Below are positions 53,597 through 62,792 of a stretch of DNA of 64,000 nt, piece after piece; positions within the stretch are counted from its first letter, which is position 1, and each line of letters opens with the position of its first letter. The stretch spans positions 96,001-160,000 of the forward strand of contig CAVPSJ010000011.1 of the NCBI GenBank assembly GCA_963708295.1, in the 5' to 3' direction. The DNA is from an uncultured delta proteobacterium. GTDB taxonomy: Bacteria; Desulfobacterota; BSN033; UBA1163. The notes under the pieces were generated by a model. The model was not told the DNA's origin, ran no database searches, and saw only the letters and a program-made list of their open reading frames with translations. Made by a program: the position numbers and the translations under genes.

Positions 53597-54393
53597 TGCA
53601 TCTGATAATTTTTGAAAAGAAGAATGGGGTGACGCTGATAGAGTTACTTCTTGCCTTGATGTTGAGCGGTATTCTAATTTCTGCCCTGTATCGAACCTTC
53701 ATAACTCAACAAAAAACCTACACGGTTCAGGATCAAGTGGCAGAGATGCAGCAAAATGCAAGAATCGCGATAGATCAGATGACCAAAGAGATCAGAATGG
53801 CTGGGTACGGGGGCGATATGTTGTCTATTTTCGCTGATATCAATGGATTTACCGACATTATCACCCCTGCGAGCGACACAATTACGGTCATCTTAGCGGA
53901 TCAGGTTGGAGTCTTAAAAGAAAACACGCCAAAAGGGGCTCGTCAGCTGAAGGTGACGAATGCGGCGATATTTAACGGGGATAAAAAGAAATATTTGTGT
54001 CTGAATGGGCTCAATAATTATTTGGTTGAAAGTGTAACAGGGGATACCCTGACGCTGAGCGCTCCTTTAAGAGAAGGGCATCCAGCCAACCGACCCGTAT
54101 ATCTGGTTAAAGCAATCAGTTATTATCTTGGAGTAAGCGGTGGCAAAACCGTCCTTCGAAGAAATGAGAATACGGGTGGCGGTGGACAACCTTTGGCCGA
54201 CAATATTGAAAGCATTGAGTTCACCTATTTTGGCGCCGATGGAAATGTAACTTCGAACCCACCGGATATTCGAATGGTTGAGGTGGCGGTTACTGCGAAA
54301 ACAAATATGTTGGACCCCCAACTTAAAGCGGGAGATGGATATCGGAGAAGAACGTTGTCTTCTAATATTAGAGTGCGAAATGCTGGATTATAA
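53596..54393 (+). CDS. pilW: Minor pilin PilW (set 2)
   Basis: G|VTLIELLLAL, EMQQNARIA...EIRMAGY, IRVRN end; ATG overlaps the pilV stop. Confidence 0.85.
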   Translation: MHLIIFEKKNGVTLIELLLALMLSGILISALYRTFITQQKTYTVQDQVAEMQQNARIAIDQMTKEIRMAGYGGDMLSIFADINGFTDIITPASDTITVILADQVGVLKENTPKGARQLKVTNAAIFNGDKKKYLCLNGLNNYLVESVTGDTLTLSAPLREGHPANRPVYLVKAISYYLGVSGGKTVLRRNENTGGGGQPLADNIESIEFTYFGADGNVTSNPPDIRMVEVAVTAKTNMLDPQLKAGDGYRRRTLSSNIRVRNAGL

Positions 54394-54417
54394 GCGATCC
54401 GTCGATGGTGGTGAGAA

Positions 54418-55602
54418 TTGAAAACGAAGCAATTGGGAGAAGAAAGGGGGATGGTCGTAGTACTCGGGATGCTCTTGCTTTTGGTAGCAACGGTCATTGG
54501 GATCAGTTCGTTAAATACCAGCACCTACGACATCCGTATTTCCGGCAACCAACGGGCATCCGTGCAGGCCTTTTACGTTGCGGAGGCGGGAATAAACGAA
54601 TTTATGGGCAGGGTTAGGCCCGGTGCAACAAATCAAATATCTGACAGCGACCCTTTCAATCCCGCCTGGAAAATTCTCCTTGCCAAAGATCCCGGGAAGG
54701 GGGCAGGTCAAGTAGGTTATGTTTCCGGTGCCCCGAATTCTATCTCGAGTTTGCAGAATGAGATGGATTTTGGAGTGGAAATAAAACACAAAACGGACGA
54801 GACCAACCAAGTGACTACCTATGGCGGTGCCCCAGTCTATATACTAAAAAGCCACGGGTTTACAGCGGATGGGGGGTATAAAGTGCTGGAAGTCGAGTTG
54901 ATACGAAGCCCTAATTATGATCCTCCTTCTGCTGTTTATTCGGAGAAGCCTGTTCATATTCGTGGGAGTTCAACTTACATAAACGGAGATGATCTTTGTG
55001 GTACGACGAAAAAGCCAGGCGTTGCAACAACGACAGCGACAATCCCACCGATTATTAAATCGGGGAACCCTTCCATCAATGGTTCACCACCGGAGGTCAC
55101 CCAATCAAGCACCCCGCCTCCTGCGGAGCTGCAACTAAAAGAGATGCTAGATTACTTAAAAGGCGCTGCAGACTTCAAGTATGATTTTAATGAGAATCAA
55201 ACATTGACCGGATATTCTGAGCGCTGGGGAACACCGACCAGTAGCGACAGGACTGTCCCAATCACATACACAGGACCGATGAGTATTGTTTATTTCAATT
55301 TGCAGGGAACTCAAACATTGAAACTAACAGATTCCCATGGAGCAGGTATTCTTCTCGTTGAAGGAAATCTTGAAATTAACGGGGGATTTACCTGGTACGG
55401 AGTCATCCTGGCAACGGGAGCAGTGGGGTATACAGGCGGCGGGCAAAAGAATGTGACCGGAGGGATCATGGCAGCGGGAAGTGCCGCGATGGGGATAGAT
55501 ATTGATGAAAATACGGGTATTTTGTATTGCAGTACTGTATCAAATAGACTAAAAGAAGTCGTCCCGCCCTTCAGAATAACCCGATGGCGGGAAATATTCT
55601 AG
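54418..55602 (+). CDS. pilX: Extended PilX-like minor pilin (set 2) with a large C-terminal domain
   Basis: G|MVVVLGMLLLL lacking Glu5, SGNQR...AFYVAEAG, C-terminal GAGILLVEGNLEINGGFTWYGVI. Confidence 0.78.
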   Translation: MKTKQLGEERGMVVVLGMLLLLVATVIGISSLNTSTYDIRISGNQRASVQAFYVAEAGINEFMGRVRPGATNQISDSDPFNPAWKILLAKDPGKGAGQVGYVSGAPNSISSLQNEMDFGVEIKHKTDETNQVTTYGGAPVYILKSHGFTADGGYKVLEVELIRSPNYDPPSAVYSEKPVHIRGSSTYINGDDLCGTTKKPGVATTTATIPPIIKSGNPSINGSPPEVTQSSTPPPAELQLKEMLDYLKGAADFKYDFNENQTLTGYSERWGTPTSSDRTVPITYTGPMSIVYFNLQGTQTLKLTDSHGAGILLVEGNLEINGGFTWYGVILATGAVGYTGGGQKNVTGGIMAAGSAAMGIDIDENTGILYCSTVSNRLKEVVPPFRITRWREIF

Positions 55603-55652
55603 CCTGCCTGCTGACCGGAGGAATTATTTTCCTCGCTTCATCTTTTTCCTAT

Positions 55653-56609
55653 TCATTTTCTGAGCGGCTGGAGTTTACCGATCTTTTCCCTAGCTTCCGA
55701 AAAGGAATGATCCAATTTCAGTACGAAGTTGAAAGTATCGATGGCCGAAGAAACCATCCCGCTTGCCTCATAGGCCAAGCCAAGATTGAAGTGGAGGCGG
55801 GCCAATTTTTCATTAGATAATCCTGGTATCTTGGAGCATGTTTTATAGTATTCGATCGACTTGTTATAGTCTCCCTTCTCCGAATAGCAATTTCCCAGCA
55901 TGATATAACAATCAAATTTCATGGAGGGGGTGGATGAAGCCAATTCAAATTCCGAGATGGCATAGTCGAAGAGTTCCATCTCCTTATATGCGATGCCAAG
56001 GTGATAGTGAGTCTCTGATTCCTTGTCAAGGGTTGAGGCTCCAGATTGGGAAGACAATACGGGAGGTTCTGTGGCATATGAAGAGGCAAGGCCCGGGAGC
56101 TCAGGCGCTGGCTTTTTCCCAGAGGGAGGATATCTCGAAGGCAGGGATTCCGCTGCAGCCGGGGGCGGGATCGGCTTCTCCTTTGGTTGTTGAGGGCTCT
56201 CTATATTCTTAAGACCCTTTATGGCTTCTGAGTCACGGGGGTTGATCTGCAGGATACTCTGGTAATAATTCTTTGCGTTTCCCGCAAGACCCTCCTTTAG
56301 ATATAGTATCGCTATCTTATGGAGGGCATCCGTAAATTTTGGATTAATCGAAAGGATCTTTTTGTAAATGGAGATAGCTCGAAAATTCAAATCCTCTTCC
56401 GCGTAGAGGGTGGCTACCTTCACATAGGCCTGTATCGCTTTATCCTCTTCTCCGTTTTTTAAATAAAGATCTCCTAATTTAAGGTGCAGCCGTTTGTCTT
56501 GAGGATCAGCCTCGACTAATCTCAAATACTCAGTAATCGCTTTTTTGAGTTGCCCTTTGAGAATGTACTTCTGTGCAGTGTCGAGTACGTTTTCTTTATC
56601 GATACCCAA
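55653..56609 (-). CDS. Cytoplasmic TPR protein, compact SgmX-like
   Basis: N-terminal TPR cluster (DKENVLDTAQKY...AITEY), Pro/Ser-rich linker, C-terminal TPRs starting ETHYHLGIAYKEM. Confidence 0.65.
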   Translation of the reverse strand: MGIDKENVLDTAQKYILKGQLKKAITEYLRLVEADPQDKRLHLKLGDLYLKNGEEDKAIQAYVKVATLYAEEDLNFRAISIYKKILSINPKFTDALHKIAILYLKEGLAGNAKNYYQSILQINPRDSEAIKGLKNIESPQQPKEKPIPPPAAAESLPSRYPPSGKKPAPELPGLASSYATEPPVLSSQSGASTLDKESETHYHLGIAYKEMELFDYAISEFELASSTPSMKFDCYIMLGNCYSEKGDYNKSIEYYKTCSKIPGLSNEKLARLHFNLGLAYEASGMVSSAIDTFNFVLKLDHSFSEAREKIGKLQPLRK

Positions 56610-56856
56610 ATTTTCCCTCGAGAAAAATTTTAATTAAAAATTAGCCAATTAACTTGAAAAAGTCAAGTTTTTAAAAACGTTGAATCAGAATGAGATACCG
56701 ACCAAAAAGCAAAAATGCCGGGTTTTGACAGCTGTAACATAATGACGACTGAAGGCCGCTAACCCATAACCCTCCATATCTTCCTAAATTAAAATCCGGA
56801 TCTCCTGAGTCATTCACAGAAGAAATTGATAGAATTGTTTTATCAGTGGTTAAATA

Positions 56857-56885
56857 TTGACCATCGCCTTTATTTTTGTTATGAT
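56857..56885 (+). promoter_or_regulatory. Sigma70-type promoter upstream of the mgl operon
   Basis: TTGACC-N17-TATGAT with TG extension. Confidence 0.55.
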
Positions 56886-56958
56886 GCGTGAAAATCTAAG
56901 ATTATATTAAGTAGCTGAAATGACTAATTATTATCTTAATCGATTATTTAACAAAAAT

Positions 56959-56974
56959 TGGTATTCATTTTGCT
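56959..56974 (+). promoter_or_regulatory. Sigma54 promoter upstream of the mgl operon
   Basis: TGGTAT-TCATT-TTGCT (GG-N10-GC), ~50 nt before the ATG at 57023. Confidence 0.7.
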
Positions 56975-57022
56975 TATACTATCCAAAAGTCCCTAATAAT
57001 TGTGGCCAAAAGTGTAAGGAAC

Positions 57023-57712
57023 ATGCTGAAAGATTCAAAGAGAGTCTTAATCGTGGATGACGAAGAAACTTTGACATGGAGCATGGCAAGAAGCCTTTCC
57101 AAGGACAAGGATAATTATGAGGTGATGATCGCGAACAATGGGAAAGAGGCTTTGAACTTGCTAAAAAAAAATAAGATCGATTTGGTCATCTCCGATATCA
57201 GAATGCCAGACATCAATGGATTGGACCTTCTTGTAACGATTAAGAAAGAATATCCCCAAACGAAAGTCATCATTATGACTGCCTACGGATCAACCGATGT
57301 TCAGAAAGAGGCCAATTTGAGAGGGTCCCTCTACTATGTCGAAAAGCCTTTTGAGATATCTGATTTAAGGAGAATTATTATCGATTTGATCGGCAACAAG
57401 AAGGGATTTCGTGGAAAAGTTTTTGGTCTTCAACTTACGGATATTATTCAAATGAATTGTCTAAGCCGGTTAACCACCGCACTGATTATCACACGAGACG
57501 GAGAAAAGGGAGTGATCTATCTGAACGAAGGAGAGATCATTCACGCCGAATGTGGTGAACAGAAAGGAACAGATGCCTTTTACAAAATCTTGAGTTGGCA
57601 AGAAGGTGAGTTTCTTTCCGATAACAGCGCCAATCCTCCCATTCAGACCATCTATCAGAATTGGGAGCATCTGCTGGTCGAGGCCATGCGGCGGAATGAT
57701 GACAAATCGTAA
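57023..57712 (+). CDS. Response regulator, REC plus DUF4388 (PatA-N/PATAN-like) domain
   Basis: REC (LIVDD, SDIRMPD, KPF) followed by GFRG...LTDIIQM...GVIYLNEGEIIHAE...GTDAFYKILSWQEGEF. Confidence 0.82.
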   Translation: MLKDSKRVLIVDDEETLTWSMARSLSKDKDNYEVMIANNGKEALNLLKKNKIDLVISDIRMPDINGLDLLVTIKKEYPQTKVIIMTAYGSTDVQKEANLRGSLYYVEKPFEISDLRRIIIDLIGNKKGFRGKVFGLQLTDIIQMNCLSRLTTALIITRDGEKGVIYLNEGEIIHAECGEQKGTDAFYKILSWQEGEFLSDNSANPPIQTIYQNWEHLLVEAMRRNDDKS

Positions 57713-57754
57713 GCGACTCTATCAAGCGGGCTGGGTTGTAGAAAATCAACTGAT

Positions 57755-58192
57755 ATGAACATCGTCATTACAGAAAAGGATATAAAAAAGATAACGTATT
57801 GCCTAAATAAAATGGTGTCTTCATCGATGGCTCATTCTGTGCTGCTCATCGATCGATCGGGCCAGCTGATCGCCCATGAGGGGAATACTCCCGAGATCGA
57901 TATTATATCCCTCTCGGCCTTAACAGCGGCCAACTTCGGGGCTACTGCGGAAATCGCCCGAATGTTGGGAGAAGAAGAGTTCACTCTCTTATTTCATAAA
58001 GGACGATGCGAAAATGTTTATTTTTCCGCCATTGGTGAGCATGTCATTATGGTGACCCTTTTTGATGACAAGACCTCCCTGGGGCTGATCCGGTTACAAA
58101 TTAACAAGATTATTGACGAGCTCTCAAAAATTCTTTCATCCATCTTTGAAAAAGAAAGATCGAAATCGAGTGAATCGGCACGATCTTCTTAA
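57755..58192 (+). CDS. mglB: Roadblock/LC7 protein MglB (GAP of MglA)
   Basis: LLIDRSGQLI, SLSALTAANFGAT, EEEFTLLFHKG; directly upstream of mglA. Confidence 0.88.
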   Translation: MNIVITEKDIKKITYCLNKMVSSSMAHSVLLIDRSGQLIAHEGNTPEIDIISLSALTAANFGATAEIARMLGEEEFTLLFHKGRCENVYFSAIGEHVIMVTLFDDKTSLGLIRLQINKIIDELSKILSSIFEKERSKSSESARSS

Positions 58193-58210
58193 AGAGGGGA
58201 AGAAACTTTA

Positions 58211-58837
58211 ATGCCTTTCATTAATTTTAGTAAAGATGAGATTCAGTGCAAAATTGTCTATTATGGAGCAGGATTTTGTGGAAAGACCACGAACCTGCAA
58301 TATATCTACGGCCAAACCATCGAGGACATCAAAGGCAAGATGGTATCGATTGATACCAAGGGTGATCGAACACTCTTCTTCGATTTCTTGTCTTTGAGTT
58401 TGGGGAAAATCAGGGGATTTGATATACGGGTTCAACTTTATACGGTCCCTGGGCAAGTCCATTATGACGCGACGAGAAAACTGGTTTTAAAGGGGGTGGA
58501 TGGAGTCGTCTTTGTAGCCGATTCATTGAAAGTGCAAAGGAAAAAGAACATCGAAAGTCTCATCAATCTGGCAAAAAATTTGGCGGAGAAGGGAGTCAGT
58601 ATTAGGAGTGTTCCGCTCGTCATTCAATACAACAAACGCGATTTAGACGGGACAGATTCGGAAATTCTTCCTGTTGATATTCTGGAAAAGGATCTCAATT
58701 CGATGTTGAAGGTGCCGTCCTATTCAGCCAGCGCTTTGAAAGGGGTCGGCGTTTTTGAAACCCTTAGAGAAATCAGCAAGTTGGTGGTAAAAGAGGTTAG
58801 CCGAAAGGTGATGTTGCTGGATAAGCAATCACAGTAA
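58211..58837 (+). CDS. mglA: Small Ras-like GTPase MglA
   Basis: KIVYYGAGFCGKTTNL, DRTLFFDF, LYTVPGQV, NKRD. Confidence 0.93.
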   Translation: MPFINFSKDEIQCKIVYYGAGFCGKTTNLQYIYGQTIEDIKGKMVSIDTKGDRTLFFDFLSLSLGKIRGFDIRVQLYTVPGQVHYDATRKLVLKGVDGVVFVADSLKVQRKKNIESLINLAKNLAEKGVSIRSVPLVIQYNKRDLDGTDSEILPVDILEKDLNSMLKVPSYSASALKGVGVFETLREISKLVVKEVSRKVMLLDKQSQ

Positions 58838-58857
58838 GGAAAAAGGGAAAATAGAAG

Positions 58858-60246
58858 ATGGACAAGGTAATGGAAGAAGAGGATTTCAAAGGTCTGGATG
58901 AAGAGATTGATGATGCCGTAGACCGCCTGTTTATAGACAACAAAAATAAGAGAAGCGCAGGGAAAAGCTTCTCTGCGGCCCCCCCGGTCCCGAAGACTCC
59001 TTTGAAACCCATCATCGAGGAGCCTTCCATGAAGTCTCCCGCTTTAGAGCCCTCCCTGGAGTCTCTCCCCTTGGAGCCTTCTATGGAATCTCCTATTCCG
59101 GAGCCCTTCGCGAAACCTTCTGCTGCAGAACCCTCCATGAAGCCTTCTTTCTTGGAACCTTCTTACGAATTCGAATTAGAGAAGAATGTTTTTGAATTAG
59201 AGAAGAACGTTGCCCTGGAGCCAACGCCCCCGCCGCCTCCTCCTCCCGCTCCCGTCCAATTCTTAAAATCCATTGAGAGTATGGAGGCTCAACTTCTCTC
59301 CCTCGAATGGGAGATCACGGAGGAAAAACTTAAAAAGACAAAGGAGGAGGTCCTTGCTCTGCGGGAATTGTTGAAACAGAAGCCCGAGCTTGCTTTAATC
59401 TTAACCGGCATGGAAAAAGTCCTAAACCACATGCTTAAGAATGAAGAGGACATCCGGCCTTCATGGATCAAAATCTTGCTGGATTCAAAGGAAACGATAA
59501 AGCTCCTCACGAGAATAGAAACAGAGCGCGAAATTAACGTTTATAAACAGCTGGCTTATCTTGGGATCGAATCGAGATTCTCCTCCCTGGACGGGTTGAC
59601 CGAGTCCAAGGTCGTTCCACCTTCTCCCGGCAAAGCAGAAGGGATTGAAAGGATTGCCCTCTCTCCTCCCGGAGAGAAGAAGATGGAAGACATGTCGAAC
59701 AAAATGAATTTATTTATGGCAAACGCAGAGGAACTTTTCAGAACGATGAAACAACAAATATCCAGCCTTGAGGAGGCGACTCGAAAAACTCAGGCGCCGC
59801 CCGTAGAGATTAGGCCCAAACCCCTGAACGTTGCGTCGCCCGTAGAAGTCAGGCTCAAACCCTTGAATGTAACGATTATCAGAGTAGATAAGAAATTATT
59901 TGGAGTACAAAGTGAAGCAGTTTTCAAATTATTCAAAGCCCCCAACACGTTTCAAAAAAGATATTCAAACCAAGAAAAAATACGCTTAAGAGATTTTGAA
60001 ATCAAGTTGGTCAACCTAAAGAAAATTCTAGCCATCCCAGGGGGTGAGCCAAAAGGGGAGATAAACATCCTTGCGGTAAAGGACAAAGGAGAATACAAGG
60101 GGTTCCTGGTGGATCAAGTCATTAAGAAAGTGTCGGCCCCCTCCGAAAAGGAGGGTGAAGTCGGCGAATACTTCTCGGGGGTTATTCATTTCACATACCA
60201 AGAGCAGTCCGTGGAGATCCCTATTCTTGATTTAAGAAAGTTTTAA
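58858..60246 (+). CDS. Hypothetical protein: acidic N-terminal helix, Pro-rich repeats, helical core, C-terminal CheW-like domain
   Basis: EEIDDAVDRLF; EPS repeats; C-terminus ...KLVNLKKIL...KGFLVDQV...FSGVI...IPILDL resembles a CheW fold. Confidence 0.6.
   Translation: MDKVMEEEDFKGLDEEIDDAVDRLFIDNKNKRSAGKSFSAAPPVPKTPLKPIIEEPSMKSPALEPSLESLPLEPSMESPIPEPFAKPSAAEPSMKPSFLEPSYEFELEKNVFELEKNVALEPTPPPPPPPAPVQFLKSIESMEAQLLSLEWEITEEKLKKTKEEVLALRELLKQKPELALILTGMEKVLNHMLKNEEDIRPSWIKILLDSKETIKLLTRIETEREINVYKQLAYLGIESRFSSLDGLTESKVVPPSPGKAEGIERIALSPPGEKKMEDMSNKMNLFMANAEELFRTMKQQISSLEEATRKTQAPPVEIRPKPLNVASPVEVRLKPLNVTIIRVDKKLFGVQSEAVFKLFKAPNTFQKRYSNQEKIRLRDFEIKLVNLKKILAIPGGEPKGEINILAVKDKGEYKGFLVDQVIKKVSAPSEKEGEVGEYFSGVIHFTYQEQSVEIPILDLRKF
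59020..59211 (+). repeat. In-frame tandem repeats: six 27-bp units, then two 21-bp units
   Basis: GA(G/A)CC at 59020, 59047, 59074, 59101, 59128, 59155; FELEKNV twice at 59170-59211. Confidence 0.85.
59794..59871 (+). repeat. In-frame 39-bp tandem duplication
   Basis: APPVEIRPKPLNV / ASPVEVRLKPLNV. Confidence 0.85.
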
Positions 60247-60249
60247 GGC

Positions 60250-61422
60250 TTGAGTTCTTTTATGAACCAGACTCATACAACCACTGAAATTGAAGAAAAG
60301 ATTGCAAAAAAAGATGAAGCCATCCAACACCTGACTCGGAGACTGGAGGATGTAAAAAACTTCACGGAGAGTATCATCCAGAGCATCGGGAGCGGAATCA
60401 TCATCACCGAGATGAACGACACGATAACTTACATCAATAAGGCGGGCGAACGCATCCTGGGATACCGCAAAGAGGAGTTGATCGGTAGGCCTTTCAGCAT
60501 TTTCAGTTTGAAAGAGAAGCAGAGTGCCATTCCTTCATTTCTCAATAATCCGGATGACATGGATACCCGGAAAGAAGGATGGATGAAGAAGAAGGATCAT
60601 GCCGAATTTCCTGTAGGATTTACGATCAATAACCATTTAAGTGTCCGGGGTGAAAAAATAGGAAAAATTGTCGTGTTCCGAGATTTGACGAATGTTTATA
60701 AAATTCAGGAAGAAATACTGAGAATGGATCGACTCGTATCATTGGGAAAACTGGCCTCAGGCATTGCGCATGAATTGCGAAATCCACTCGCCGGGATTAA
60801 GACGACCGCCCAAGCCCTTGGCGAGGAGATGGCCGGAGACGATTCGAGAAGAGAATATTTGCATCGAATCACTAAAGAAATTGATCGTCTCAATGACCTC
60901 CTCAAGACATTTTTTTCTTTTGCCAAACCACAGAACCTGAATCTCGTTCATTGCTATATCAAAGATATTATCAATGAGATCATCCCATTTCTTATTAAAG
61001 AGATCGCCGATAAAGGAATTCGTTTCACTGAAACGTACCATCCCCAACTTCCCAAGATCAAAGTGGACAAGACTCAAATCCATCAAGTCTTTCTCAACTT
61101 GTTTTTAAACGCGATTCAGGCCATGCCCAACGGAGGCGAACTCAAAATCGAGGCCAGCCCAATGACCGCAGACCCTCTGAAGGGATCTAAACAAAATTCT
61201 GTCAGGGTCGTTATCTCGGATACCGGTAGAGGCATTCCCGCTCAAATTGTCCACAAAATCTTCGATCCTTTTTTTACCACAAAGCCTAAAGGGATCGGGT
61301 TGGGCCTTTCCATTACTTATCAGATCATTAAGAAACACGGGGGGACGATCAAGGTGGATAGCGAATGGGAGAGGGGAACTTCTTTCATTATTAATTTACC
61401 GGAGACGTTGGAAACCACATGA
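60250..61422 (+). CDS. Cytoplasmic PAS-domain histidine kinase
   Basis: No TM helix; PAS (IIQSIGSGIIIT...INKAGERILGY), AHELRNPL, GIGLGL. Confidence 0.9.
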   Translation: MSSFMNQTHTTTEIEEKIAKKDEAIQHLTRRLEDVKNFTESIIQSIGSGIIITEMNDTITYINKAGERILGYRKEELIGRPFSIFSLKEKQSAIPSFLNNPDDMDTRKEGWMKKKDHAEFPVGFTINNHLSVRGEKIGKIVVFRDLTNVYKIQEEILRMDRLVSLGKLASGIAHELRNPLAGIKTTAQALGEEMAGDDSRREYLHRITKEIDRLNDLLKTFFSFAKPQNLNLVHCYIKDIINEIIPFLIKEIADKGIRFTETYHPQLPKIKVDKTQIHQVFLNLFLNAIQAMPNGGELKIEASPMTADPLKGSKQNSVRVVISDTGRGIPAQIVHKIFDPFFTTKPKGIGLGLSITYQIIKKHGGTIKVDSEWERGTSFIINLPETLETT

Positions 61423-62792
61423 GACCATCTATTCTCATCGTTGACGATGATGGAGTGATGCAGGAAACTCTCTCGGGCGTCTTAAAGAAGAGAGGGTATG
61501 AAATGTTCTCAGTCGGCTCCGGGAACGAAGCGCTTTCAACGATCAAGAAGAATGTCATTGACCTCATTCTCCTGGACATAAAACTTCCCGACATAGACGG
61601 TCTGGAGGTCCTGAAAAAAATAAAGGAATTTGATACTGAGATTTTAGTCATTATGATGACCGCGTTTTCTGACGTGCAAACGGCAGTTTCTGCTATGAAA
61701 TCTGGAGCTTACGATTACATCAACAAACCCTTTGAATTAGACGAGCTAAAATTGCTCATTGAAAAAGGGCTAGAGACAAAAAGCCTAATCAATGAAGTGA
61801 GGAGACTCCACCGACAGCAAAAAGAGAACTATCAAAATAGCCATATTTATGGGGTCAGTCCCCAAATTCATTACGTTAAAGAATTGATTGGAATGATTAG
61901 CAAAACTCACAAAACGTCAGTCTTGATCCAGGGCGAAAGCGGCACCGGGAAAGAGTTGGCCGCGAATGCCATTCACTACAACAGCCTTCGGAGCGACAAG
62001 CCTCTGATGAAAATCAATTGCAGCGCGATACCGGACTCTCTCTTAGAATCGGAGCTTTTCGGATATGAGAAGGGCGCTTTCACAGATGCCAAGAACACCA
62101 AGAAAGGTCTTTTTGAATTGGCGGACGGAGGGACTGTTTTTTTGGATGAAATTGGGGATATGAACCCGTTCTTGCAATCCAAGATCTTGAGAGTCCTTGA
62201 AGGGCAATCCTTTATGAGAGTAGGAGGAGAGAGAGAAATCAAGGTCGAGGTTCGCATCATCGCTGCAACCAATAAGAATTTGGAAGCCATGGTGAAGGAA
62301 GGGTTGTTCCGAAAGGACTTATATTACCGGCTGAAGGTAATGGTCGTCGAGATGCCCCCCCTGCGTGATAGACTGGAAGATATCTTGCTGCTTTCAAATT
62401 TATTCATCGAAGAGAACAATAAGGAATATAACAAGGGTATTCGGGGCTTTTCAGAAGAGGCGAAGAAGTTGATGGTTCAGTATTCCTGGCCGGGCAACGT
62501 GAGGGAATTAAGAAATGTTATTGAAAGGGCAATGATTTTAACGGACCAAGAGGTCATCACCCCGAAGCATCTCCCCTTTGAATTGAAACAGACTGAAGAA
62601 ATCCGTGGAGATGCAGAGCGTGATCTAGCCGAAGTTACTTCCGATATGTCTTTGGAAAATATGGAAAAAATGCATCTCTCTAAGGTATTGAAAAAATTGG
62701 AATGGAACAAATCAAAGGCTTCGAAAACATTAGGCATTTCCAGGGCCACCCTGAGGGCTAAAATTAAGAAGTATAATCTCAGGGAAAATTAA
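61419..62792 (+). CDS. Sigma54-dependent (NtrC/AtoC-like) response regulator
   Basis: [28 protein letters not shown]; ATGA overlap with the kinase. Confidence 0.92.
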   Translation: MRPSILIVDDDGVMQETLSGVLKKRGYEMFSVGSGNEALSTIKKNVIDLILLDIKLPDIDGLEVLKKIKEFDTEILVIMMTAFSDVQTAVSAMKSGAYDYINKPFELDELKLLIEKGLETKSLINEVRRLHRQQKENYQNSHIYGVSPQIHYVKELIGMISKTHKTSVLIQGESGTGKELAANAIHYNSLRSDKPLMKINCSAIPDSLLESELFGYEKGAFTDAKNTKKGLFELADGGTVFLDEIGDMNPFLQSKILRVLEGQSFMRVGGEREIKVEVRIIAATNKNLEAMVKEGLFRKDLYYRLKVMVVEMPPLRDRLEDILLLSNLFIEENNKEYNKGIRGFSEEAKKLMVQYSWPGNVRELRNVIERAMILTDQEVITPKHLPFELKQTEEIRGDAERDLAEVTSDMSLENMEKMHLSKVLKKLEWNKSKASKTLGISRATLRAKIKKYNLREN

